In this document: positions 28,655 through 39,540 of the stretch, piece by piece
Position numbering within the stretch: the first letter of the stretch is position 1
How the letters are laid out: each line of letters starts with the position of its first letter
Assembly: GCA_963810095.1 (NCBI GenBank)
Contig: CAWEMM010000006.1
Location: forward strand, 800,001-864,000
Direction of reading: 5' to 3'
DNA length: 64,000 bases
DNA from: an uncultured Chloroflexia bacterium
Lineage (GTDB): Bacteria > Chloroflexota > Anaerolineae > CG2-30-64-16
Notes under the pieces: generated by a model
Told to the model about the DNA's origin: nothing
Database searches by the model: none
The model's input: only the letters and a program-made list of their open reading frames with translations
Translations under genes and position numbers: made by a program

Positions 28655-30949
28655 GCGCAGAGCCACTCGTCGTCGGCAAGCGTCTGCCGCGTGTCGATGC
28701 GCTTGACAAAGTGACCGGCGCGGCGAAATATACCGGCGACCACCACGTCCGCGGCATGCTGCACGCGGCCATGCTGCGCAGCCCGCACGCCCATGCCCGC
28801 ATCATCAGCATTGATACGTCGGGAGCCGAACACCTGCCGGGCGTCAAGTGCATCCTCACGTGCCTCAACGTGCCGCGGGTGCGCCACGCCGGCCAGCCCG
28901 AACCGCGCGCCGGCTCGCTCGTCAAGGATCAGTACATCCTCGACCGTACCGTGCGCTTCCACGGCGACGGCGTGGCCGCAGTGGCCGCCACGTCACCCGA
29001 GGCTGCCGAAGAAGCGCTGGCGCTCATCCAGGTTGAATATGAGCCGCTGCCCTCGGTATTCGATGCGTACGAAGCCATGCAAGACGGCGCGCCCCGGATT
29101 CACGACACCGACCGCAACCTGGTCATCCCGCCCGTCGTCATCGAGTGGGGCGAGATAGAGGAGGGGTTCGCGCAGGCCGATTATGTTTTTGAAGGCGTCT
29201 ACGGCACGTCCCGGCACGTGCCTGCGTTCATGGAGCCGTACATCTGCACCGTGATCCCCGATGCGGCCGGCCGCCTGACCGTCTACGCCTCGACCCAGGC
29301 GCCGTTCATGGTCCGCGGCACGCTGTCCGAGGTGCTTGGCATCCCCATGAGCAAGATTCGGGTGATCACCGAGCACATGGGCGGCGGTTTCGGGGCCAAG
29401 CAGGACCTGTACCAACACGAATACCTGGCCGCGCTGCTGGCTCTGCGGACAGGAGAACCGGTGCGCTTCGAGTTCTCCCGTGCCGAGACCTTCATCTCCG
29501 GCCGCTCCCGGCATCCCGTGACCGTGGAACTGAAGCAAGGCGTTACGAAGGACGGCATCCTGACCGCCCGCCAGGCCCGCTACATCGCAAACTCCGGCGC
29601 ATACGGCTCGCACGGACCCGGCATCACCTGGGTCGGCGCCGCGGCCCTCGGGTCGCTGCACCGCTGCGAGAACGTACACATCGAGGGGCTGTGCGTGTAC
29701 ACGAACGCACCCATTGCCGGCGCTTTCCGCGGCTACGGCGCGCCCCAGGCGTACTTCGCCCTCGAGACCCAGATGGACGAGATTGCCGAAGCGCTTGGCA
29801 TCGACCCGCTCGAGCTGCGCAAACGCAACGCCATCCGCCCCGGCGACATCGGACCCGCCGGCACAGCTTTCACGAACAACCAGCTGCCCCTGTGCCTCGA
29901 CCGTGGAGCCGACGAAGATCGGGTGGGAGAATCGCACGCGTCCGGCGCCCGGTGCGTCGGGGAAGTGCGTGCGCGGCATCGGGGTGGCCTGCCAGCTCCA
30001 CTCCGCGACCGCCTACCCGGAGACGCGCGAAATCGCCAATGCCGCGGTGGCAATCAACGAAGATGGCACCGTCCAACTGCGCATCGGCTCGGCCGACCTG
30101 GGCACGGGCGCCAAGACCGTCCTGGCGCAGATTTGTGCCGAAACCCTGGGCGTTTGCTACGAAGACATCTCCGTGCTGGCCGGCGACACCGACCTCGTCC
30201 CATACGACCTGGGCGCATACGCGTCGCGCACGACCTACATCGCGGGCGGCGCGGTGCAGCAGGCGTCTCGGGAAGCCAGGATGCGGCTGCTCGAGCTGGC
30301 CGCCGAGCGGCTGGGCGTGCCCGTCGAGGACCTGTCCGTACAGCAGGGCTTTATCCGGATCGCCGGCCGGCCCGAGGGGGCGATTGCGATCGCCCAGATC
30401 GTCGGCCCGGAACAAGGCGCGCCCGCACAAACCATCACCGGCCAGGCGCGCAACCAGCCGCTCAACGCGTACTCGTTTGCGGCACAGTTTGCCGAGGTCG
30501 AGGTAGACACCGAAACGGGCCAGGTGCGGGTGCTTCGCATGGTGGCGGTTCACGACATCGGCAAGGCGATCAACCCGGCCGCGGCCGAGGGCCAGGTGGA
30601 GGGCGGTCTGCACCAGGGCATCGGCTACGCGCTGCTGGAGGACATGGTCATCGACCCGCGGACGGGGCGCACGCTCAACCCCAACTTCGTCGACTACAAG
30701 CTGCTGACCTCGCTCGATATGCCCGAGCTGGAGGTCGACTTCGTCGAGTCTGGCCTTGGCGACGGGCCGTACGGCGCGAAGGGCGTGGCGGAAGACAGCC
30801 TCTGTCCGACAGCCCCGGCCATCACCAATGCCATTTTCAATGCCACCGGCGTCCGCATCAAGCAGCTGCCGGTCAACCCAGAGCAATTGCTCGCGGGCTT
30901 GAGAGAGACCTCAACACAAAGTCACAAAGACACGGGGTATTCGGCATAA
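28651..30949 (+). CDS. Xanthine dehydrogenase-family molybdopterin subunit, frameshifted near 29910
   Basis: Motifs KVTGAAKY, GGGFGAK, AFRGYG, GAYASRTT, GQVEGG, GAKGVAE. It lacks the CO dehydrogenase AYxCSFR loop. Confidence 0.88.
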
Positions 30950-30987
30950 CCGGCAAGCCCTTTGTGCCTTGGTGCCTTTGTGGTGAA
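30912..30987. repeat. Periodic inverted-repeat element (CACAAAGA-type units)
   Basis: CACAAAGTCACAAAGACACGG...CTTTGTGCCTTGGTGCCTTTGTGGTGAA. Related copies at about 1290-1342, 37421-37458, 37854-37927, 40823-40897 and 62320-62346. Confidence 0.7.
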
Positions 30988-31022
30988 CTCTCTCCCGCAT
31001 TCACACATCTCAGGAGGAGCAC

Positions 31023-32090
31023 ATGTCTAGGAAGTTTCTGTTCACCGTCCTCATGGCCATCGTCGTGCTGACCATGATCGCCGGCTGCGCGGCGCCCGCC
31101 GCGCAACCCGCCCCCGCAGCCGCAACCCAAGCCCCAGCCGCTGCGGCTGAACCGACCAAGGCCCCCGCCCCCGCGGCGGCCGCATTCAAGATGGGCCTGC
31201 TGAGCCCCGGCAGCGTCAACGACCAGGGCTGGAACACGATGGCCTTCAATGCGCTGAAGCGGGTCGAGAAGGACCTGGGCGCCGAGGTCTCCTATGTCGA
31301 GCTAAAGCAGGACCCGGCTTCGTATGAGAAGGCCTTCCGTGACTTCGCCGCGCAGGGCTACCAACTGATCCTCGGCCACGGCAACGAGTTCGAGGACGCG
31401 GCGAAGGCGACCGCGAAGGACTATCCCAACGTGCAGTTCTTCATCTCGTCCAGCCGCCTTAAGGAGCCGACGGTTACCGGCCTGAACACCAACTCGGACG
31501 AGCCGCTCTACCTGATGGGCGTCATGGCCGCGAAGATGTGCAAGGCCGCCGGGTTCGTGGGCGGCATGGAAATCCCGCCCATCTCCGAAGCCATGATCGG
31601 CTTCGTGAATGGCGCGAAGAGCGTCGACCCCAACTTCAAGGTCTACACCACCTTCATCGGCAACTTCCAGGATGCTGCGGCAGCCAAGGAAGCGGCGCTT
31701 AGCATGATCGCCCAGGGCGCAGACTGCCTCGTTCCCGATGCGGATGCCGCAGGCCAGGGTGTGTTCCAGGCTGTCGTCGAGAAGAAGGACCAGGGCGCTA
31801 AGACCTTCGGCGTCTTCATGCCGGCCACCGAGGCCGCGCCCGGCCAGGTGCTCGCCAACTACGTGTCCGACTACGGCCAGGGTGTCGTCAACCTGGCAAA
31901 GCAGGTCAAGGAAGGCACGTTTAAGGGCGGCGAAAACCACACGTTCGGCGTTGCGATGCCCGACGTTATGAAGTTCGAGTACGACGCGACTTCGACGACC
32001 CCGATCCCGCAAGAGGTGAAGGATGCGGTCGAGGCGGCCAAGCAGGCGATCATCGCCGGCAAGGTCAACACGCTCGCCCCCATCAAGTAA
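31023..32090 (+). CDS. BMP-family ABC substrate-binding lipoprotein (nucleoside/purine type)
   Basis: Lipobox IAGC; motifs NDQGWN, GHGNEF, GFVGGMEIP. Confidence 0.88.
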   Translation: MSRKFLFTVLMAIVVLTMIAGCAAPAAQPAPAAATQAPAAAAEPTKAPAPAAAAFKMGLLSPGSVNDQGWNTMAFNALKRVEKDLGAEVSYVELKQDPASYEKAFRDFAAQGYQLILGHGNEFEDAAKATAKDYPNVQFFISSSRLKEPTVTGLNTNSDEPLYLMGVMAAKMCKAAGFVGGMEIPPISEAMIGFVNGAKSVDPNFKVYTTFIGNFQDAAAAKEAALSMIAQGADCLVPDADAAGQGVFQAVVEKKDQGAKTFGVFMPATEAAPGQVLANYVSDYGQGVVNLAKQVKEGTFKGGENHTFGVAMPDVMKFEYDATSTTPIPQEVKDAVEAAKQAIIAGKVNTLAPIK

Positions 32091-32179
32091 TCACTCGAAG
32101 TGGGCAGTGGCAGGTTGCAGGGCGCCTGTAACCTGCCACTGTGAACGTGGAACGATGACGAGGAGGCATCGAGCACACT

Positions 32180-33268
32180 ATGACTGAATCTGCCACCCCC
32201 GCCCCACGCCAGGCCGTCGCATCACCCCGATGGCTCAGGCAGGCGCGCCGGATCGCCGGTGCGGTGCTCACGCCACTGGCCGCGATCCTGGTAGCCCTTC
32301 TGGTCAGCGCGCTCATCCTCCTCTTGACGGGGTACGACCCCGCCGCCGCATTCTCGGCCATGTGGAAAGGCGCATTCGCCGACATGCGCACGATCAGCGA
32401 GGTGCTGATCAAGGCGACGCCGCTGATCATTATCGCCGCCGGCCTCTCGGTCGCGTTCCGGGCCTCGATCTGGAACATCGGCGCCGAGGGCCAGTTCTAT
32501 GCGGGGGCAGTCGCGGCCACAGCCGCAGGCATCTATCTGCCGGGCCTGCCCATCGCCATCCATATCCCACTCGTGCTTCTCGCTGCGATCGTTGGCGGCG
32601 CGCTGTGGGGGATGCTCGCGGGCTGGCTAAAGGTCCGCTTCAACGCTTCCGAGATCGTCACCACGATCATGCTTAACTATATTGCGATTATCGGCACCGG
32701 CTGGCTTGTGACGGGACCGATGATCGAAGGCGCCGGCAAATATCCGCAGACGGCGAAGATCTTCGACTCTGCCATGCTGCCCCGCTTCCTCCCGCCGACC
32801 CGCCTGCACATTGGCTTCCTAATCGCCCTCATCGTCTGCCTCGTGTTGTACGTGCTGCTATTCAGGACCAGCACCGGCTATGCGATCAGGGCTGTGGGTA
32901 TCAATTCGAATGCCGCACGGTATGCGGGAATCAATGTAAGCAAGAATATCCTGCTTGCCATGGCGATCAGCGGCGGTGCGGCCGGCCTGGCGGGTGGCGT
33001 AGAGATTGCGGGCGTCGCATTTCGCCTGTACCAGGAGATCTCGCCCGGCTTCGGGTTTGACGCCATCGCAGTGGCCTTGCTCGCCAACAACAACCCGCTC
33101 GGCGTCATCTTCTCGGGCATCCTCTTTGGGGCGCTCCGCTCCGGGTCCGAGATGATGCAGATCACCGCGGACATCCCCTCCGTGCTGGTCTTTGCCATCC
33201 AGGGGATGGTCATCCTCGCAGTCGTCGCATTCGGCGTCTACCGTGAGCGCTCGGGGCAGGAAGGCTGA
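32180..33268 (+). CDS. Nucleoside-type ABC permease
   Basis: Motifs WNIGAEGQ, EIVTTIMLNY, GFDAIAVALL. Confidence 0.88.
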   Translation: MTESATPAPRQAVASPRWLRQARRIAGAVLTPLAAILVALLVSALILLLTGYDPAAAFSAMWKGAFADMRTISEVLIKATPLIIIAAGLSVAFRASIWNIGAEGQFYAGAVAATAAGIYLPGLPIAIHIPLVLLAAIVGGALWGMLAGWLKVRFNASEIVTTIMLNYIAIIGTGWLVTGPMIEGAGKYPQTAKIFDSAMLPRFLPPTRLHIGFLIALIVCLVLYVLLFRTSTGYAIRAVGINSNAARYAGINVSKNILLAMAISGGAAGLAGGVEIAGVAFRLYQEISPGFGFDAIAVALLANNNPLGVIFSGILFGALRSGSEMMQITADIPSVLVFAIQGMVILAVVAFGVYRERSGQEG

Positions 33269-33279
33269 AGGAGGCACGT

Positions 33280-34212
33280 ATGGAAATTGCTGCCGTGATC
33301 GCGCTGGTAACGACTGTTTTTGCAGCGACCTGGCGCCTGGCGACGCCGCTCATCTACGCCTCCGTCGGCGAGCTTTTCGCCGAGCGGTCGGGCGTCCTCA
33401 ACATCGGGCTCGAAGGCATCATGTTATTCGGGGCTTTCGCCGGCTACGCAGGCGGCACCGTTACCGGCAGTCCCGCGGTCGGGCTGCTCGCCGCGATCGT
33501 CACCGGCTCGCTGCTGGGCCTCCTCTTTGCCTTCTTCACCGTCACGGTCAAGGCGAACCAGATCGTCGTCGGCGCGGCGCTCAACATGATCGGTCTGGGC
33601 CTCACCGGCTTCCTTTACCGCACCTGGTTCGACGTCAGTGCGAAGGGCGTCAAGACATTTGCGCCCTTGGAGATCCCGGTCCTCAGCCAGATCCCGGTCT
33701 TGGGAGACATGGTCTTCAAACACAGCATCCTGGTCTACGGCACGCTGCTCGTCGTTCCGTTGGCCGCATTCGTGCTCTACCGGACCGGCTTCGGGCTGGC
33801 GGTTCGCTCGGTGGGCGAGCATCCGAAGGCCGCGGACACGGTGGGAATCAACGTCGCCCGCATCCGCTACGCCTGCGTGGTGCTGGGCGCGGCGCTCGCG
33901 GGGGTGGGCGGCGCGTTTCTCACGCTCTCGCACACCAACCTGTTCGTCGAAGGGATGGTGGCGGGACGCGGCTTCATCGCCCTGGCGGTCGTTGTGTTCG
34001 GGCGCTGGAAGCCATGGGGCGTGTTTGGGGCCTCGCTGCTCTTCGGCGTTTTCTACGGCCTCCAGCTGCACCTGCAAGCGATGACCAACTCGTTCATCCC
34101 GTACCAGTTCTGGCAGGCCCTGCCGTATGTCGCGACGCTGATCATATTGGTTGCACTCCGGGGCCGGACGGGCTCGCCGCGCGCGCTCGGCGTCCCGTAC
34201 AATGCGAGGTAA
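33280..34212 (+). CDS. Nucleoside-type ABC permease
   Basis: Motifs ERSGVLNIGLEG, VGEHPKAADTVG, GRGFIALA. Confidence 0.88.
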   Translation: MEIAAVIALVTTVFAATWRLATPLIYASVGELFAERSGVLNIGLEGIMLFGAFAGYAGGTVTGSPAVGLLAAIVTGSLLGLLFAFFTVTVKANQIVVGAALNMIGLGLTGFLYRTWFDVSAKGVKTFAPLEIPVLSQIPVLGDMVFKHSILVYGTLLVVPLAAFVLYRTGFGLAVRSVGEHPKAADTVGINVARIRYACVVLGAALAGVGGAFLTLSHTNLFVEGMVAGRGFIALAVVVFGRWKPWGVFGASLLFGVFYGLQLHLQAMTNSFIPYQFWQALPYVATLIILVALRGRTGSPRALGVPYNAR

Positions 34213-34215
34213 GCG

Positions 34216-35772
34216 ATGAGCGAACAGCTGAGCCTAGAGACGGCCGCCAACAAGGGCCCGGCCGAACCGCTCCTGAAGATCGACAACATCGTCAAGTCCT
34301 TCGGCCGGGTGACCGCCAACAAGGGCGTGAGCTTCGACGTGCGCCCCGGCGAGATCCACTGTCTCCTGGGCGAAAATGGCGCGGGCAAGACCGTCTTGAT
34401 GAGCATCCTGTACGGGATGTACCAGGCCGACTCGGGGACGATCAGCTACAAAGGGCAGCCCCTTGCCATCCACTCGCCGCGCGATGCCATCGAGCACCGA
34501 ATCGGCATGGTGCACCAGCACTTCATGCTCGTGCCTACGCTCACCGTCGCGGAAAACATCGTCCTGGGGCAGCACAAGCCCTGGTCGGTGCTCAGCGACA
34601 TGGACCAGGTGGCGAAACGGATCCGCGAGCTGGGCCGTGACCTGGGCTTCGAGGTCGATCCGGGCGCACTCGTCGAGACGCTCTCGGTGGGTGAGCAGCA
34701 GCGGGTCGAAATCCTCAAGACCATGTACCATGGGGCCGACCTCCTGATCCTCGACGAACCCACTGCCGTGCTCACGCCCCAGGAGACCGTTCAGCTCTTG
34801 CACCTGCTGCGCGGGCTGGCGGATCGGGGACTCACCGTCATCTTCATCACCCACAAGCTGGAGGAGGTGATGCAGGTCAGCGACCGGGTGACGGTCCTGC
34901 GCGACGGCCGCGTCATCGAAACGGTGAACACCGCAGAGACGAATCCGCGCGCGCTTGCCAGGATGATGGTGGGTCGGGACGTATTGATGACGCTCCCACG
35001 CACCGCGTATAACCCTGGCGAACCCGTTCTTGAGGTAGAGGGCGTGTCGGTGATGAACGAACGGGGGCAGGAGGTGGTCCACGGGCTGTCGTTCTGCGTC
35101 CGAGAGCGGGAAATCGTCGGGGTGGCAGGCGTGTCGGGAAACGGCCAGACCGAACTGGCGTTGGCCCTCGCCGGGCTGCTGCCCACCTGCTGCGGTCGTA
35201 TGCGGCTCGGGGGGAAGGAACTCGAGAAGCTCTCGCCACACGAGTTGGGTCACCTGGGCATGGCGCATCTTCCGGAAGACCGCATCAAGATGGGTATCCT
35301 GCTTCCCTTCTCCATCGCTGAGAACATGATCCTGCACGAGTACAACCATCCGCCCTACAGCCGCAAAGGCTTCCTGGCCTTCGGCGCGATCTCGAGACAC
35401 GCCCGGGCGCTGGTGGACAAGTTCGACGTCCGCACGGCAGGAGTTGACACGGAAATCCAGAACCTTTCGGGCGGCAACCAGCAGAAGGTCGTCGTCGCGC
35501 GTGAACTGCAGCGCGACCCCCGCTTCATGCTCGTGTGCCAGCCGACCCGCGGCATCGACATCGGCGCGACCGAGTTCGTGCTCCAACAGATCCTCGCCCA
35601 GCGGGATCGCGGCTCGGCCATCCTGCTCATCTCGACAGAACTCGAAGAACTGTTCGCCGTCAGCGACCGCATCGTCGTGATGTACGAGGGCCAGATCGTG
35701 GGCGAGACGCCCGCCGACCGCAGCCACGTGGAGGATGTGGGCCTCATGATGGCGGGCAAGCAGGCGAGGTAA
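34216..35772 (+). CDS. Nucleoside/CUT2-type ABC ATPase (two ABC domains)
   Basis: Motifs GENGAGKT, LDEPTAVL, LSGGNQQK, QPTRGID. Confidence 0.9.
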   Translation: MSEQLSLETAANKGPAEPLLKIDNIVKSFGRVTANKGVSFDVRPGEIHCLLGENGAGKTVLMSILYGMYQADSGTISYKGQPLAIHSPRDAIEHRIGMVHQHFMLVPTLTVAENIVLGQHKPWSVLSDMDQVAKRIRELGRDLGFEVDPGALVETLSVGEQQRVEILKTMYHGADLLILDEPTAVLTPQETVQLLHLLRGLADRGLTVIFITHKLEEVMQVSDRVTVLRDGRVIETVNTAETNPRALARMMVGRDVLMTLPRTAYNPGEPVLEVEGVSVMNERGQEVVHGLSFCVREREIVGVAGVSGNGQTELALALAGLLPTCCGRMRLGGKELEKLSPHELGHLGMAHLPEDRIKMGILLPFSIAENMILHEYNHPPYSRKGFLAFGAISRHARALVDKFDVRTAGVDTEIQNLSGGNQQKVVVARELQRDPRFMLVCQPTRGIDIGATEFVLQQILAQRDRGSAILLISTELEELFAVSDRIVVMYEGQIVGETPADRSHVEDVGLMMAGKQAR

Positions 35773-35839
35773 GCGACCGGAGCGACCCTGGCTGACCGGA
35801 CCTGGCAGGCGACGCTTGCCAGGTCTTCTGTTTTCGGCC

Positions 35840-35884
35840 TTGACGCTTGCGCAAGTTCGGTCTAGAATAACGAACAAATGAGCG
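35840..35884 (+). promoter_or_regulatory. radA promoter with a degenerate LexA (GAAC-N4-GTTC) box
   Basis: TTGACG-17 nt-TAGAAT, followed by CGAACAAATGAGCG (35871-35884). Confidence 0.55.
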
Positions 35885-35926
35885 AAGGCTGTTGCGTGCT
35901 GCTCACGACCAAGAAAGACCCGGACC

Positions 35927-37354
35927 ATGGCCAAGTCAAAGACCCGATACGTCTGCTCGAACTGCGGCAGCGCCCAGCCGAAATGGATGGGCAAGTGCCC
36001 GGATTGCGGCGAGTGGAACTCGCTCGTCGAGACCGTCATCCAGGAGGCTCCGACCGGCCGCCACACAGGCGCGGCCATTGCCGGCGGTGGCGGGGGGCCC
36101 CAGGCCCTGCCCGACATCCCTGCCGACGGTTACGAGCGCGTGCCGGTGCCCATCGGCGAGCTGAGCCGGGTGCTCGGCGGCGGGATCGTGCCGGGCTCGG
36201 TCGTCCTGATCAGCGGCGATCCCGGCATTGGCAAGTCGACCCTGCTTATCCAGCTCTGCGACGCCCTTGCGCGGCCCGGTCAAGACCATTCCGGTGAAGG
36301 TCCCGTGCTCTACGTCTCGGGCGAAGAGTCGGCCGCCCAGATCAAGCTGCGCGCCGAACGCTTGGGTATCGTCTCGCGCGACATCCAGGTGCTGGCCGAA
36401 ACCCACCTCGAGACGATCTCCAACCACATCCAGCAGCTTCAACCGCGCATGGTCGTCGTCGATTCGGTGCAGAGCATCTACTCGGAGGCCATCCAGTCGG
36501 GCGCGGGCAGCGTGACCCAGGTGCGCGACTGCTCGGCGCACCTGCTGCGCCTCGCCAAGGCCCTGACCTTCCCGCTGTTCCTCGTCGGGCACGTGACGAA
36601 GGAAGGCGCGATCGCGGGCCCCCGTGTGCTCGAGCACATGGTCGACACGGTCCTCTACCTGGAGGGCGAGCGGTTTCACTCGTTCCGCCTGCTGCGTTCG
36701 GTCAAAAACCGCTTCGGCTCAACGAACGAGGTCGGCGTGTTCGAGATGGCCGAGAGCGGGTTGGTCGAGGTCACGAACCCGTCCGAGGCCTTCCTGGCCG
36801 AGCGCATCCCGAACGCGCCGGGCTCCGCCATTGCCGTGACGATGGAGGGCACGCGTCCGATCCTGGTGGAGGTGCAGGCCCTATCCAGCGCGACCACTTT
36901 CGCCCAGCCGCGGCGCACGGCGAACGGCGTCGACTTCAACCGCCTGCTCCTCATCACCGCAGTCCTCACCAAGCGCGCTCGCACGCGCCTGGCCGACCAG
37001 GACGTCTTCGTCAACGTCGTCGGCGGGCTGCAGGTGGACGAGCCCGCGGTCGACCTGGCCGTCGCGGCTGCGGTGGCATCCTCTGCACGCAACCGCCCTG
37101 TGGCAGCGGACCTGGCCTTGGTGGGCGAGGTGGGCCTCAGCGGCGAGCTGCGCAGCGTGGGACAACTGCCCCGGCGGCTGAACGAAGCCGCCAAGCTGGG
37201 GTTCACCCGCGTGCTGGTGCCCGCGACCGCCGCGCGTAAGCTCGAGCATCCGCCTGCCGGCCTGCAGGTGCTCGGTGCGCGCACGCTGCGGGAGGCGCTG
37301 GAGATGGCGCTGCTTGGCAGCGACGAGGTCCCGGCGCGCGACCGCGAGGGCTAG
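35927..37354 (+). CDS. radA: DNA repair protein RadA/Sms
   Basis: Zn finger CSNC..CPDC, GDPGIGKST, KNRFG, Lon-like C-terminal domain. Confidence 0.98.
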   Translation: MAKSKTRYVCSNCGSAQPKWMGKCPDCGEWNSLVETVIQEAPTGRHTGAAIAGGGGGPQALPDIPADGYERVPVPIGELSRVLGGGIVPGSVVLISGDPGIGKSTLLIQLCDALARPGQDHSGEGPVLYVSGEESAAQIKLRAERLGIVSRDIQVLAETHLETISNHIQQLQPRMVVVDSVQSIYSEAIQSGAGSVTQVRDCSAHLLRLAKALTFPLFLVGHVTKEGAIAGPRVLEHMVDTVLYLEGERFHSFRLLRSVKNRFGSTNEVGVFEMAESGLVEVTNPSEAFLAERIPNAPGSAIAVTMEGTRPILVEVQALSSATTFAQPRRTANGVDFNRLLLITAVLTKRARTRLADQDVFVNVVGGLQVDEPAVDLAVAAAVASSARNRPVAADLALVGEVGLSGELRSVGQLPRRLNEAAKLGFTRVLVPATAARKLEHPPAGLQVLGARTLREALEMALLGSDEVPARDREG

Positions 37355-37484
37355 CGCTCGACTAGGGGACTTGCGGCTTCGGCAGATGCGCAGGGCCCGT
37401 CTCCGGACGTGCCTCCTGGGCTTTGTGCACCCTTGGTTCTTCGTGTCTTTGTGGTGAGCCACCAGCTGCGCAAGGAGCACACCC

Positions 37485-37853
37485 ATGAGCGAAATCTACG
37501 GCATCGACCATGTCCAGCTGTCAATTCCGCCGGGCGGGGAGGACCGCGCCCGCGCCTTTTACGGCGGGCTGCTCGGGCTGCGCGAGGTACCCAAGCCCGA
37601 ATCATTGGCAGGACGGGGCGGCGCGTGGTTCGAGTCCGGCTCGCTCAGGCTGCACCTGGGCGCCGAGCCGGACATGACGCCCATGAAGAAGGCCCACCCC
37701 GGGCTCCTGGTACACGGGCTTGCCGGGTTAGTGGCCCGGTTGCAGGCGGCAGGCGTCACGGTCTCCTTCGAGCCGCCCCTCCCCGGCTACGACCGCGCCC
37801 ACATCCTGGACCCGTTCGGCAACCGCATCGAGCTTCTGGAAATCAGCGACTAG
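37485..37853 (+). CDS. VOC/glyoxalase family protein
   Basis: Motifs IDHVQL, FYGGLLGL, KAHP, DPFGNRIEL. Confidence 0.88.
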   Translation: MSEIYGIDHVQLSIPPGGEDRARAFYGGLLGLREVPKPESLAGRGGAWFESGSLRLHLGAEPDMTPMKKAHPGLLVHGLAGLVARLQAAGVTVSFEPPLPGYDRAHILDPFGNRIELLEISD

Positions 37854-37928
37854 CCACGCAGACACAACGACACGAGGGATCACCAAGGCTGTGTAGCACT
37901 TCGTGTCTGCGTGTCCTGGTGGTGAAAG

Positions 37929-39309
37929 TCACTCGCGCGCGACGACCTTTAGCTTCAACCCACCCTTTGGCCGTAAGGTCAGCAGCGCCTGCAATTCGAT
38001 CTCGGGCTGTTCGACCGTTTCGAAAGCGAAGCGCTGCACCATCATGGGCAGGATGATCTGGCCCTCGAACATCGCCAGGTGGCTGCCCACGCAGACGTGG
38101 GGCCCGCCACCGAACGGGAAGAAGGCGTAGGGAGGCACCCGCTTCTTCCAGTCGCCGCTGAACCGTTGGGGGTCGAACTCCATGGGATTCGGGTAAATGC
38201 GGGCGTCGCGGTGGATCGTCCACATCGGGATCAGCAGCACGCTGCCTTTTGGCAGCGTCGTCTCGCCAAGTTGAACATCCTCGACGACCTGGCGCACCAT
38301 CAGCGACCACGCGGGCGGGTAGATGCGCATCGACTCGTTGAGCACCTGCTCCGTGTACGGCAGCGCCTTGATGTCGTCCAGCCCCGGGACCCGGCCGCCC
38401 AAGACCTCGTCGACCTCCGCCTGCAGCTTCCTTTGGACGTCCGGGTTGCAGGCCAGCAGGTACAGCGTCCACATGAGCATCAGCGCGGTCGTCTCGTGGC
38501 CCGCGCCGAACAGCGTCTTCAGCTCGTTGCAGATCTCCCGGTCGCTCAGCTGCGTGCCGGTCTCCTCGTCCTGCGCCGCGATCAGGTCCGACAGGATATC
38601 GGCGTAATCCGTGCCCTCGGCACGCCGCTGCCGGATCAGGGGTAGGATGAACGCCTCGATGACCTCAGTCGCACGGTTAATGCGCCGGTTGTCGCCCGTC
38701 GGCAGCCAGGCGGGCAGCTGCTGAAATGCGGTCGTGCGTGCGGTGAGCACCTCAAAGACCGCGGTCAGCGCTTGGTTCTGATCGGCCGCGTCCTGCTCGA
38801 TGTTGCGCACGCTGAAGATGATATCGGCGATGATCCCCATGGTGGTCCGCATCATCTCGAACATCATCTCGATAGTCAATCCACCGTCCGCGCTTGCGCC
38901 GGCCTGCCAGCGGTCGAGCAGCCGGGTGGTGTGGATGGTCACGACGTCGAGATAGCGCTTCACCACGCTCGCCTGGAACGAGGGGTTGAGCAGCCGGCGG
39001 TGCCGTTTCCACGGATCGCCCTCCATCGTCAAGGTGGAGGCGCCCACCGCGCTCGACCACGTCGCGGTTTGCCGTCCCCACTTGACGAGCTTGCCGCCCT
39101 GCAGGCTGGGGGTCATCAACTCACGGACGAAGCCGGGACTGTTGACCAGGTAAAAGTGAAATGCCGCCATGCGGAAATAGGCCAGATCGCCGTAGGTCCC
39201 GGCGACGTCGGTGAGGAAGCCGAGCGTGTCGCGCTCGAAATCGGATCAGGTTGAGCACGCCGTACGGCCCGCCGTCAGGACCGGGCGGGCGCGAAATGGT
39301 TGTGGGCAT
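37929..39309 (-). CDS. Cytochrome P450, frameshifted near 39240
   Basis: Motifs AGHETT, ESMR, FDPQRF, FGGGPHVCVG. The N-terminus MPTTISRPPGP is in another frame. Confidence 0.92.
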
Positions 39310-39540
39310 GGGGGCACTACCTCCAAGATGCGGCAGACGTAAGGCCGAGGTCACCTCGCGCCTACAGCCGTATGATACCACAACGCCTCCGTCCCGGACG
39401 CGGTCAGGGAGAGACAGACTCGATAGCCGGCAAACGCGATCTGCGCTGCCCCCCGCCTTCCCTCAGTTCGCGCGATTCGCGGGGCCCCGCCCGAGGTGGT
39501 ATACTCTTCTCATCCTCGTATAACCGTTTGGGAGGTTTGC

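Noticed and set aside
27206-30949. Aerobic CO dehydrogenase (coxMSL)
   Set aside because: The gene order matches, but the large subunit has AFRGYG rather than the AYxCSFR active-site loop, and no cox accessory genes are present.
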